The notes under the pieces were generated by a model that was given only the letters and a program-made list of their open reading frames with translations, did not search any database and was not told the origin of the DNA. Of a DNA stretch of 51,549 bases, positions 38,254 to 47,165 are shown piece after piece; positions within the stretch are counted from its first letter, which is position 1; each line of letters starts with the position of its first letter. The DNA lies in assembly GCA_035249225.1 (NCBI GenBank), contig DATFGS010000274.1:1-51549 (forward strand), written 5' to 3'. The translations under genes were made by a program, and so were the position numbers. This DNA comes from Candidatus Methylomirabilota bacterium (GTDB lineage: Bacteria > Methylomirabilota > Methylomirabilia > Rokubacteriales > CSP1-6).

Positions 38254-41200
38254 CTACGGCCCCGCCCCGCCGCCCGGGCCGCTCGGTCCGCTCGGGCCAT
38301 CCGAGCCCGCCGGCGCGTCGCCCTGGCCCGTGTCCCCCGTGCCGCCGCCGCTGGTGAACGCGCCCTGCGCCCAGCCGGCGAGCGCGAGGAGCATCAGGAG
38401 CTCCCACTGGGCGAGCGGATTCTCGACGGCGTCCGGGCCACTCACGGCACCCGGCGTCGCGCCACCCGGGAGCCACGCCTGCGCGCCCGTGATGACCGGC
38501 GTCCCGATCGCCTCGCCCGGATCCGGCCGCTCGTTCGACCCGAGCAGGTAGTTCCACATTGTCCAGAAGGCGCCGCCGAACTGCTGGTTGACCGCGTCCG
38601 GCGCCTGGGTGCGGCCTTGCGACGTGTTGAGCGCGATCCCCTGGTTGACGTTCTGGGTGACGTCGGTCGGCGCGGTCGTCGTGCCGTCCTCAACCCAGAC
38701 GGTGCCCTGGCCCTGACTGACCCACTGGCCGCCCGGCTGACCCGGCAGCGTCTTTGGCGCGGCCTGGAGGTTGGCCCCGTAGCCTTGCCCGCCGTAGAGC
38801 TCGCCCCAGGTGCTCGGGGCGAGCGAGCCCAACGACTCAGGCGTCGCCCCGCCCTGGATCAGGAACGCGGTCGCGTCCTTCATGTACTGCTGAAGCTGCG
38901 CGGCCGCCTGCTGGATCGGCGCCGGATTCTGGCCGGTGTGCGCGTAGAAGTCGCTGATGCCGATCGGCCCGCCCGGCCCTTGCACCTTGCGGTAGTAGGC
39001 CGCGAGCGCGGCCGAGCCGAGCGCGAGCGCGTTCTTGATGACCGTCGGGTCGGTCACGCCTTGCGCGCGGAGCGCGGCGAAGAGCGCGTTCGCCTGGGTG
39101 ATCTGCGTCTGCGCTTGGCTCTGAAGCCGGGACGCGACCTGGCCGATCACGGCCCAGCTCCGGAGGTCCTTCATCTCGTCCTTTGAGATCGCCCACTGGA
39201 TCAAGCCCTGGATCAGCGGCGCCGCGGCAGCGAGATACGGCCCGGCCGCCGCGAGCGCCGTGCTCGCGATCTGCGCGCCAGCCTCGGCGCCCACGCCGGT
39301 CAGGACCCCGACCCCTTGGGCGAGGAGGGTCGTGATCCCGGGCACCGCGTTCGACGTCAGCGTCGAGATGGCGGAGTAGATGCCGAGGACGCTCTGCGCG
39401 ATCGAGATCGGGTCGCCGGTCTGCGCGCCCTGGAAGAGCCCGTAGAGCGCCCCGGCGCCCTGGAGGACCGCAAGGCCCTGCGAGTAGCCGAACTCGCTGC
39501 CCGCGGCCGCGCCGATGTCGTCGAGGGAATCGAAGAGGCCGCGCCCCTGCGCCTCAAGGTCCCCCAAGGCGAGCGAGGAGCCGGGCGCCGGCCCGCTGAT
39601 GCTCCCGCTCGAGAAGAGTTGCGAGATCTTCGCGGCGAGATCCGCCCCGGTCCAGCCTTGCGGCAGAATCGCGTTGAGGAGGCTGTTCGGGTCGGCAAGC
39701 TGGGCGCCGAGCGCGAGCGCCGTCGCCCCGCCCGCGGTGAGGAGCTCGCCGGTCGTGGGCGCCGGCGTGGTCGGGATCACGGGCGGGGGCGTCGTCTGTA
39801 CGGGCGCGGTCGGCGGGAGGACGGGCGCGGTGGCGCGCGTGACGCTCACGATGAGGTCGTTCTCGTCCCGGACGAGCCGGTTCATCCCCTGGTCGGCGTC
39901 GTAGCGGACGAGCTGGCTGTAGATCGTGGCGATGGTCGGGTCGTCGAGCCCGAAAAGCCCCGCGTTCTCGATGTCGAAGTTCTGGCCCTGGAACCGCGAG
40001 GCGAGGGTCGCCGGGACTTCGGTGCGCCGGCGGACCCCGCCATCCGGGGTCGGGATCAACTCTTGATCGCTGACGCCGACCCCCTGCGCCTGCTGCTGGT
40101 ATTGCTCGATCAGGTTCTTCGCGATGGCGCGAAGGCCCTGCGAGGTGGCCGCGTTCGGCCCCGCGAGGGCGCTCGGGTCGACCCCGGCCTGGATCCCGGC
40201 CGTCAGGGTGTCCGGGTTCTCGATGATGTCGGCCAGGTCCGCCACCGGGTAGGTGGGGTTCGCCGTGCCGATCGCGCGGGGTGCGCCGCCCCCGGCTGGC
40301 GTGACGCTGACCGGTACGGCGACCGGCGTCGTGCCTCCCGTGGTTCCGCTCCCGAACTGCCGGATGATGTCGTAGAACTCCGGGAGGTTCCGGGCCGTTC
40401 CGGCGGCCTGGACCAGATCGCCTCCGGCCCCGGCCGCGCGCTGGAGTTCGGCGACCTGCCGGGCTCGAGCAGCCTCCTTGGCGGCCTGCTGCTGGGCCAT
40501 GTAGGCGAGCGTTCCGGTGATGGCCGCCCCGACCGCCGCGCCCCCGAGGGCCCCGGTCGAGGTACTGAGCCCGAGGGCCGGGAAACTCTGCGCGACCGAC
40601 GCGCCGAGCCCAGCCCCGCTGAGGGCGCCCAGCCCCGCTGAGACGAACGTTCCCGCCGGAGACGTGTTCTGTGTCGCCGCGTAGGCTGAAAGCCCCAAGG
40701 CGGCCGCATTCCCGCCCACGGCTAGGCTTCTCTGGAACAGGCTCGGGCTCGTCTGCGGGAGTACGTAGGAGGTCTGGGTGAACTCCGGCGAGATGTCGGC
40801 GAGGTAGCGGTCGCCCGCGACCGTCGCCCGGCCCTGCTGGAGCGCCCGGACTCCGGCGTCGCCCGCGGCCCGGTAGGCCGTCCCGACGTCCTGGGCTGAG
40901 AAATACTGGCCCGAGGGGGTTACCACCGTCCCGGCGGGGCCACCGCCGGACCCCGCGCCCTCGACCGCCGGGCCGAACGCGAGGCCCGTCGAGAGGCTGA
41001 CCGGCAGGAACGACCGCATCCCCCCGGAGAGCAGCCCCCGGAGGTTCTGGAGGATCGGCGCGGTGACCAGCTTGCCGAGTTCGTCCGTGATCGCCCGGAC
41101 CATCGAGTTTGTCATCTGCTTCGCCACGTCCGGGAGGGCTTTGAAATTCCCCGTGATGACGTTGAAGAACCCGTCCGAGAACGCCGCGCTCATGCCTTGG

Positions 41201-42630
41201 GCGGCGGAGTGGGCGAGCGATTGCATCCGGAGCCCGATCGCGCCGAAGTCCTCGACCATATCCTTCAGCCCGCGGTCCAGGCCGGGGATCGCCTGCGTCC
41301 GCTCGGCCTCGCGCCGGAGGATGCCCTGCTGGACGGCCTGGGCCTCGAAGAGCGCGAGGGCCTTCTGGCTCTTCGTCAGGTTGTCGTCCTGGAGTTGGGC
41401 TTGAAGCCGCATCTCGACCGAGATGAGCTGCAGCCGCGCGACCTCCGCCTGGCTGAGGCCCGCGCTCTGCGCGGCGATCTCGGCCTTCCGGGCCTCCAGT
41501 TCGAGCGCCTGCTGGTCAAGCTGGTTCGCGAGCTGCTTCGTCTCGGCCTCTGCCTTCGGGCTGAACGGGGTCTCGGCGTAGTCGCTGACCGCGTTCTCGC
41601 CCAGGACCTCGCGCTCGTTGCGGATCAGGACCAGGAGTCGCTCGACCGCCTTCGACTCGATCTCCTGGAGGAGCTGGCGGACCGAGTTCTGGGCGGCCGG
41701 GCCGAAGAAGATGCCGCCCTCGTCCCCGGTCGCGAGATCTCCGACCGTCGCCGCCTGATTGCGCGCGTAGAGGGATTCCCGGAGGCGGAGTTGCTCGCGG
41801 CCGAAGTCCGTTGCTTGCTGCGCGCCGCGGATCCGGATCTGCTCCCGCTGCCGCGAGAGCCCGATCTCCATATCTCGCGCGGCCTCGATCCGGGGGCCTT
41901 CGATGTCTCGCGCCGCGTCGGGAAGTTGCTCGACCTCCCTCTGGGCGCGCTTCTGGATCTGGTTCCGTTCCTCGTCGCCCTCGCGCTTGATCGCCTCGAC
42001 GAGGGCATTCTGGGCGGCCGTATATGCCTGGATCTGGCCGAGCCGGATCGACCGCTGGGCGTCCAGTTGCGCGCCGGCCTGCTGCGCGACGTTGACCTCC
42101 TGAAGGAGTTTCGAGAAGCGGATCATCGCCTCGATCGGGAGCGCCGCGCCGAGGGCCTGAACCGCATCCTTGTTCCGCTCCCACAACGGGGTCGCGAGAC
42201 CGAGGCCCTCGAGCATCGCCTGCCAGCCGTTGATGAACGTGCCGACCCAGGACTCCTGGAGCTTGCGCTGCGTCTCCATCTCGAGCTCGACCTTCTTGAG
42301 CTCGGAGACGATCTTCGACGTGTCGAAGGACCGGACGGCGATGTTCAGCATCGCCTGCCGCTCGGCGCCCTCGCGAATCTGCTCGACGTACTTTCGGAAC
42401 GCCGCGCCGGCCAGCTCCGCGGCGAGGGTCGCCGCCCCGACCGCGAGCCCCAAGGTCCCGATGCCCGTCGCCGCGCTGGCCGAGGTCCGCGAGAGCTCCT
42501 CGTTCGCCTTCGCGGCCTTTCGGGTCGCCTCCTCGGCGTCCTGGACGCTCTTCCGGTAGGCCGCGAGCTGGGCGCTCGCGTTGTCGCGCGCTTGGAGGAC
42601 GATGTCGATCCGGTTGTCAGGCACGATCAA
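38254..42630 (-). CDS. Tape measure protein (1458 aa)
   Basis: Long coiled-coil N-terminal half and Ala/Gly-rich hydrophobic stretches. Position after the chaperone pair. Starts at TTG 42630 or GTG 42624, overlapping the upstream stop. Confidence 0.88.
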   Translation of the reverse strand: MIVPDNRIDIVLQARDNASAQLAAYRKSVQDAEEATRKAAKANEELSRTSASAATGIGTLGLAVGAATLAAELAGAAFRKYVEQIREGAERQAMLNIAVRSFDTSKIVSELKKVELEMETQRKLQESWVGTFINGWQAMLEGLGLATPLWERNKDAVQALGAALPIEAMIRFSKLLQEVNVAQQAGAQLDAQRSIRLGQIQAYTAAQNALVEAIKREGDEERNQIQKRAQREVEQLPDAARDIEGPRIEAARDMEIGLSRQREQIRIRGAQQATDFGREQLRLRESLYARNQAATVGDLATGDEGGIFFGPAAQNSVRQLLQEIESKAVERLLVLIRNEREVLGENAVSDYAETPFSPKAEAETKQLANQLDQQALELEARKAEIAAQSAGLSQAEVARLQLISVEMRLQAQLQDDNLTKSQKALALFEAQAVQQGILRREAERTQAIPGLDRGLKDMVEDFGAIGLRMQSLAHSAAQGMSAAFSDGFFNVITGNFKALPDVAKQMTNSMVRAITDELGKLVTAPILQNLRGLLSGGMRSFLPVSLSTGLAFGPAVEGAGSGGGPAGTVVTPSGQYFSAQDVGTAYRAAGDAGVRALQQGRATVAGDRYLADISPEFTQTSYVLPQTSPSLFQRSLAVGGNAAALGLSAYAATQNTSPAGTFVSAGLGALSGAGLGASVAQSFPALGLSTSTGALGGAAVGAAITGTLAYMAQQQAAKEAARARQVAELQRAAGAGGDLVQAAGTARNLPEFYDIIRQFGSGTTGGTTPVAVPVSVTPAGGGAPRAIGTANPTYPVADLADIIENPDTLTAGIQAGVDPSALAGPNAATSQGLRAIAKNLIEQYQQQAQGVGVSDQELIPTPDGGVRRRTEVPATLASRFQGQNFDIENAGLFGLDDPTIATIYSQLVRYDADQGMNRLVRDENDLIVSVTRATAPVLPPTAPVQTTPPPVIPTTPAPTTGELLTAGGATALALGAQLADPNSLLNAILPQGWTGADLAAKISQLFSSGSISGPAPGSSLALGDLEAQGRGLFDSLDDIGAAAGSEFGYSQGLAVLQGAGALYGLFQGAQTGDPISIAQSVLGIYSAISTLTSNAVPGITTLLAQGVGVLTGVGAEAGAQIASTALAAAGPYLAAAAPLIQGLIQWAISKDEMKDLRSWAVIGQVASRLQSQAQTQITQANALFAALRAQGVTDPTVIKNALALGSAALAAYYRKVQGPGGPIGISDFYAHTGQNPAPIQQAAAQLQQYMKDATAFLIQGGATPESLGSLAPSTWGELYGGQGYGANLQAAPKTLPGQPGGQWVSQGQGTVWVEDGTTTAPTDVTQNVNQGIALNTSQGRTQAPDAVNQQFGGAFWTMWNYLLGSNERPDPGEAIGTPVITGAQAWLPGGATPGAVSGPDAVENPLAQWELLMLLALAGWAQGAFTSGGGTGDTGQGDAPAGSDGPSGPSGPGGGAGP

Positions 42631-43264
42631 CCCCGATGACGGTCAGCGGGTTCGGTACGTCGATCACCCGGAGGGGGCCCGTGGGCGCCCGGAGCGGGAT
42701 GACGTTGTTCTTTCTCGGCGCCGCGACCGGGGCGTTGATTGACGCCGCGCCCAGCTTCTCGAGCAGCTCGTCGGCCATCGCCACGCGACAGTTGAACAGC
42801 ATCTCGCTGATCGGGCCGCGCCAGAGGGTCACGGGGGCGACGTGGGCAGAGGTGGCCGTCGCCGCGAGCATCTGGCGGATCGGGCCGCGTGGCACCCAGG
42901 CCGCGAAGGCGGCGTCCTCCGGGTCCGCGGATGCCTCGACGAGTTCGTCGAACTCCAGCCGCTCCTCTGCGTCTGCGGGGCGCGCCTTGAATCCGACCGC
43001 CTCCAGATAGGCGGTCATTACCCCGCGCCGCGCCCGGCCCAGGCGCGCGACGTGGTCCTCGGTGAGGTTCGCCGGGACGATGACCGCACGGGACAGGAGG
43101 CCGCGCTCCCAGCGGTCCATCGCCGCGAAGAAGGCCGCAGGCGTCAGGGCCGGGGTCAACTCCGGGAACCCGTACCAGAAGACGCAGGCCGGCACATCGC
43201 GGACGAGCAGCGTGCGACGATGGCCAGGCCGCAGATCGACCGAAATCTTAAACGGTCGCAGCAT
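42617..43264 (-). CDS. Tail assembly chaperone-position protein 2 (215 aa)
   Basis: Has its own ATG 43264, overlapping the end of the upstream ORF by 17 nt, in the +1 frame relative to it. Confidence 0.6.
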   Translation of the reverse strand: MLRPFKISVDLRPGHRRTLLVRDVPACVFWYGFPELTPALTPAAFFAAMDRWERGLLSRAVIVPANLTEDHVARLGRARRGVMTAYLEAVGFKARPADAEERLEFDELVEASADPEDAAFAAWVPRGPIRQMLAATATSAHVAPVTLWRGPISEMLFNCRVAMADELLEKLGAASINAPVAAPRKNNVIPLRAPTGPLRVIDVPNPLTVIGVDRA

Positions 43265-43697
43265 CGGCCGGCGCCGCCGCGGGGGGCGTCTCCGGCCGCG
43301 GCATGATCCCGGACTCGACCAGGATCGCCGCGAAGGCGACCTGAGCGTCGTTGCCCAAGCGACGGGCAGTCTCGACCGAGAGCAGGGGGCGCAGGGACGC
43401 CATCGCCACCGTCCGATAGACCACTTCGGCCCGCGCCTCGCGCGCCTTGACCTGCTCGTCCTCCGGGAGAGTCCGGATCCAGTCGAGCTCGTGCTTCCAG
43501 AAGTTCTCGACCGGCCATGCCTCGGCGCCAGGCGGGGGCAGCGGAATCAGCGTCAGATAGTCGGACGTGCCGATCGCGCGGAACGCCAGCGCCGCGCGCT
43601 TGCCGAGCTTCTTCGTCATCTCGGGCAGCTCGACCTCGTGCGTGGTCGCCTGCTCGATCTCTTCCAGCGTCAGGTAGTCGCCCTGGTCCATAGTCAT
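43248..43697 (-). CDS. Tail assembly chaperone-position protein 1 (149 aa)
   Basis: Strong GGGAGGGAG SD. Acidic protein between the major tail gene and the tape measure. Confidence 0.65.
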   Translation of the reverse strand: MTMDQGDYLTLEEIEQATTHEVELPEMTKKLGKRAALAFRAIGTSDYLTLIPLPPPGAEAWPVENFWKHELDWIRTLPEDEQVKAREARAEVVYRTVAMASLRPLLSVETARRLGNDAQVAFAAILVESGIMPRPETPPAAAPADAATV

Positions 43698-43744
43698 TGG
43701 CTCCCTCCCCCCGCGGGGGGTGCCGGTGTGGGTGCGGTGCGCTC

Positions 43745-44767
43745 TTAGTCGAATCGCAGCGAGTAGTCGTCGTTCCCGAGGCTGATCGTCGCGAGGAACT
43801 CGGACTGCCAGATCGAGAGCCCGTCGCGGGCCCCGAGGGCCTGGCGGACGAGCTGGAGTTGCGCGTCACCCGCGCCGCCGTTCGCGCCGAAGCGGAACTT
43901 CATCCGGTTGTATTGCGTCGTCCCGAGCTGGAAGGTGCAGTCATCGAGCGGGTTGGAGTCGCGCAGCTTCGCCCACCAGCTCGAGGCGGTTTCCCGATCC
44001 AGTTCGGGGTCGATCTGGAGGCGCGGGTTCCGGTCGAAGATCTTGAAGCCGGCGACGCCGCCGGCCGCGTTGATCGACTCGATCGGGTTGCAGGTATTGC
44101 CGAGGTCGAAGCCGATGTTCGCGATGCGCGGGGCATAGCCGCCGTACTGGAACGCGGCCGCCTTCATCGTCGGGAAGCCGGGAGACAGGTTGAGCTGGCC
44201 CGTGGTGAAGCCCCCCGGGGTGATGTCCTTGCGCTCCTCGAGTTGGCCGACGAAGCTGAACGAGGCCCGCATCGGCTCGCCCGCCCGCGCCACCATCCGG
44301 CCCGTCGCCAGGCAACCGACCATCTGGATTGCGAGGTTCGAGACCTGACCGGGGATCTCCTGGACGACGTACACCGTCATCACTTCCTCGGTGTCGCTCG
44401 GCTGGTACTGGTAGAACTCCGAGCCGCCCGTGAAGGAGCTCGTCACGCCGAGCCCACACCCGCGGAGCGGCAGATCGAGCTCGGGCTTGAGGCTCGCCGA
44501 GTAGGCCGCGCCCTTGCCGCGGATGTACATATCGAAGTCGAGCCGGGCGGTCAGCTTGCCCAGGATCGACGGCGCTCGGCCCATGCGGCCGGAGGTCATC
44601 ATGTTCTGGATCTCGTTCTGGTCCTGCGTCCAGCGGACGGAGTCCTGAATGACGGGGATGACGTCGGTCGAGACGTACGTGTCGCTGAGGACGTCGGTCC
44701 CCGCGACGGACTCGGGCTTCATCGCGACGACGAGCCGGAGCTGCTTCGGTGCCGTGAACTGAGCCAT
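43745..44767 (-). CDS. Major tail (tube) protein (340 aa)
   Basis: GAGGGGAG SD before ATG 44767. Position follows the head-tail connector genes. Preceded by a structured leader. Confidence 0.7.
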   Translation of the reverse strand: MAQFTAPKQLRLVVAMKPESVAGTDVLSDTYVSTDVIPVIQDSVRWTQDQNEIQNMMTSGRMGRAPSILGKLTARLDFDMYIRGKGAAYSASLKPELDLPLRGCGLGVTSSFTGGSEFYQYQPSDTEEVMTVYVVQEIPGQVSNLAIQMVGCLATGRMVARAGEPMRASFSFVGQLEERKDITPGGFTTGQLNLSPGFPTMKAAAFQYGGYAPRIANIGFDLGNTCNPIESINAAGGVAGFKIFDRNPRLQIDPELDRETASSWWAKLRDSNPLDDCTFQLGTTQYNRMKFRFGANGGAGDAQLQLVRQALGARDGLSIWQSEFLATISLGNDDYSLRFD

Positions 44768-44797
44768 GACCTGTCTCCCCTCTGGTTCGCCGGTCAA

Positions 44798-44852
44798 ACA
44801 AAGAGGGCGGGCGTCACGGCGGCGGGGCACCGTGACATCCCGCCCTCTTTGT
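44798..44852 (-). terminator. Long nested hairpin (terminator or 5' stabiliser) upstream of the major tail gene
   Basis: ACAAAGAGGGCGGG (44798-44811) pairs with CCCGCCCTCTTTGT (44839-44852). Inner GTCACGG pairs with CCGTGAC. On the minus strand it is followed by TTG... and the SD. Confidence 0.55.
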
Positions 44853-44931
44853 CGGCTTGCGCCCGGGAAGGCTAGCTAGGCCCCCCCGTGACAGACGATC
44901 TGTTAGCTAGTCGTGCGCGTCATCCCTCGGG

Positions 44932-45399
44932 TTACGGCACCGCGACTCGGACCGTGCAGGGCAACGTGATCTCCGCGTAGTGGCAGAGGTCGTTCCCGAG
45001 AAACCGGGCTTCCACGGTCCGGACGTTCGGCTTGCCGGTGGCGATCTCGTTGTCGAAGTCGCCGATCTGTTCCTGGCGGAGGCGGTCGCAGACCGTCTCG
45101 ACGAGGTCTTGGAACGCTTTCTCGCTCGCGGCCTTGAGGTTCAGCGCGGCATAGCCGCGGATCACCATCAGGTGCTCGCGCTCGTTGATCTCGCCGATCG
45201 TGACGTCGGTCTCCTCCGACCGCTCGCGCGTGATCGTCCAGCCGAGGAGGGCCGTGTCCTCGGTCGCCTGGAAGAATTGCTTGATCTCGGCCTCGGTGCG
45301 GAAGTAGGGCTCGAAGTCGGTGACGACCCCGATCCCGGTGATCTCTTCCATCGCGCTTTTGATCGAGCCGCGCACGTCCGCGAGCGTCTTCTCCGCCAT
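44932..45399 (-). CDS. Tail-completion/terminator-position protein (155 aa)
   Basis: The start was trimmed to ATG 45399 (TGATG junction). Last gene before the major tail gene. Confidence 0.55.
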   Translation of the reverse strand: MAEKTLADVRGSIKSAMEEITGIGVVTDFEPYFRTEAEIKQFFQATEDTALLGWTITRERSEETDVTIGEINEREHLMVIRGYAALNLKAASEKAFQDLVETVCDRLRQEQIGDFDNEIATGKPNVRTVEARFLGNDLCHYAEITLPCTVRVAVP

Positions 45400-45908
45400 C
45401 AGGCGCCTCCGAGCCGCGCGGAGATGCGCGCCGCGCACGCCTCGAACTGGCGCGTCACGTAGGGCCGGAGCCGCTGGAACGCTTGGCGGAACATGAAGCG
45501 CCCGGGGATCCCGCGCCGGCCGATGGCTCGCGCGAGCGGGAACGAGGCGCGAATCGCTTGATCGCGCGAGAGGCTCCGCTTCTGCACGAGCCAGGACACG
45601 AGGGCGCCGGGCGGCGGCATCGCCGCACCGGGGCGCCGCCCGAGCTCGACGGGGACGACGTGCGGGAGCGGGTTCGAGATGAGCTGGCTCCGGCTCCCCG
45701 GCACGCCGCGGAGTTCCGTGAAGGTGGCCCCGCGCAGGCCCAGGCCGCCGGCGCCCACGCCGCGCGGCGTGCCCTGCCGAACCAGCTCGACGCCGACCAG
45801 GCCGCAGTCATGGAGCGTGGCCGCGATCTCGCGGTCGAAGGTGCGCGCGATGTCCGGGTTCGAGAAGAGCGGCCCCGTCACAGTGACCTCGTAGGAGATG
45901 ACGGGCAT
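45399..45908 (-). CDS. HK97 gp10-like head-tail joining protein (169 aa)
   Basis: MPVISYEVTVTGPLF...VPVELGRRPG...RFMFRQAF pattern and position. The start was trimmed to ATG 45908. Confidence 0.55.
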   Translation of the reverse strand: MPVISYEVTVTGPLFSNPDIARTFDREIAATLHDCGLVGVELVRQGTPRGVGAGGLGLRGATFTELRGVPGSRSQLISNPLPHVVPVELGRRPGAAMPPPGALVSWLVQKRSLSRDQAIRASFPLARAIGRRGIPGRFMFRQAFQRLRPYVTRQFEACAARISARLGGA

Positions 45909-46612
45909 CAGCGATCTCGGCTGTCGTGGAAGAAGCGCGGGCCGCCCCACGCCTGGAGGTCTTCGTCGAGGTCCCCGATCGCGCTCGCCGCGCCGACGAT
46001 GGCGTCGCCGGCCAGGCCGAGGATCGAGGCGTAGAGTTTCCGGTGATCACGGGCGAGCTCGCGGTAGCCGGCCGCGCGCTCGGTCCCGCGGCTGACGTCC
46101 GCCTGGAGCGAGGGGTCGGTCTCCTGGGTGTAGTAGGCCGCGAGGGCCTCGAAGCCCATCGCGGCGGCCAGGTGGCAGATCGGATCACGGTCCGGCGTCG
46201 GCACCGTGTCTGCTGGCGTGCCACTCCCCTCGGCGAGCGAGTGCCGCGCCGTATAGCTGACGTAGGCGGTGACCGTGTTCGGGAGCGTGATGTCGAGCAA
46301 CCGGAGCTTGAGCGCGCCGGTCAACGGGTCGCGGTAGAGGGTGAACTGCTCGGCGTCCAGGTACTCGGGGACCTGCCGACCCACGGGATACTCGATCTGC
46401 AGGACGCTCGAGAAGCCCTCCTCGAAATCGGTCGCGAGATCGTGGGTGACGAGCACCCCGTTCCCGGTAATCGTCTGGACGCGGACCCGGGGCTTGACGA
46501 GGCTGTATTGCTCCACCGCGCGACGGATGGAGAGGTCCTTCTCCGCGGGCGTCAGTTTCGACGCCGCATCCTTGAGCTTTGCATCGAGCAGCTCGCGGTA
46601 GTCGGCCAGCAT
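45908..46612 (-). CDS. Head-tail connector/adaptor-position protein (234 aa)
   Basis: Position only. Confidence 0.55.
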   Translation of the reverse strand: MLADYRELLDAKLKDAASKLTPAEKDLSIRRAVEQYSLVKPRVRVQTITGNGVLVTHDLATDFEEGFSSVLQIEYPVGRQVPEYLDAEQFTLYRDPLTGALKLRLLDITLPNTVTAYVSYTARHSLAEGSGTPADTVPTPDRDPICHLAAAMGFEALAAYYTQETDPSLQADVSRGTERAAGYRELARDHRKLYASILGLAGDAIVGAASAIGDLDEDLQAWGGPRFFHDSRDR

Positions 46613-46619
46613 GGCGTCA

Positions 46620-46653
46620 GGCGCGGAGCCGAGCCGAAACCCGGCCCCGCGCC
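46620..46653 (-). terminator. GC-rich hairpin after the capsid-region genes
   Basis: GGCGCGG (46620-46626) pairs with CCGCGCC (46647-46653), with an inner GCCG/CGGC pairing. No U-tract. Confidence 0.3.
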
Positions 46654-46660
46654 CCGATGG

Positions 46661-47143
46661 CTAGTTCCGCCGCTGGACCCAGACCGTGACGGTGATGTCG
46701 TCGATCGTTGGCGCCGAACCCCAGACGGTGAGATCCGCCGAGAGCGCGGTGTCGCGCGCGATGTTCTGCTGCGCCGAGAGCAGGGACGCCTCGACCATCG
46801 TCCCGGCCGCCGGGTTGCCCAGGTCCATGCCCGAGGTCGTCATGGCGACGCCGTTGTTGAGGAGCTGCACGTTGGTGGCCCCGTGAGAATTCACGTTCGA
46901 GCCGCCCTTCGCGCGCGCGTAGGCGGTCGCGTAGAGGGCCCGCATGTTGACCGGGGCGGTGAACCGCGCGATGTTCGTCTTCGTCGCGGTCGACTGGCCG
47001 GAGAGGTGGAAGATGACCGGGAACACCGACGAGCCGAGCGCCGGGAAGTTCGGCGACGCGGCCCAGATCAGCCCGGGCAGGAAGGTCAGGGCCGCGAGCA
47101 CCGCGGCGATGACCTGAACTCGCTTCGTGAGGTAACGCGTCAT
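46661..47143 (-). CDS. Head-module protein with hydrophobic N-terminus (160 aa; decoration-protein position)
   Basis: Strong AGGAGGAG SD. MTRYLTKRVQVIAAVLAALTFLPGLIWA followed by a beta-rich domain. Confidence 0.6.
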   Translation of the reverse strand: MTRYLTKRVQVIAAVLAALTFLPGLIWAASPNFPALGSSVFPVIFHLSGQSTATKTNIARFTAPVNMRALYATAYARAKGGSNVNSHGATNVQLLNNGVAMTTSGMDLGNPAAGTMVEASLLSAQQNIARDTALSADLTVWGSAPTIDDITVTVWVQRRN

Positions 47144-47165
47144 GGTCGTCTCCTCCTGGCCCGGA

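Noticed and set aside
38529-38556. Plus-strand T-arm-like GCTCG-TTCGACC-CGAGC followed by AGGTAGT-T-CCA inside the tape-measure gene
   Set aside because: No complementary 5' acceptor strand ([AG][CT]T[AG][CT][CT]T) and no D or anticodon arms are found in the ~70 nt upstream. This is a chance match.
45661-45690. GGGTTCGAGAT motif resembling a tRNA T-loop inside the gp10-like gene
   Set aside because: The flanking bases do not form a T-stem or an acceptor stem.
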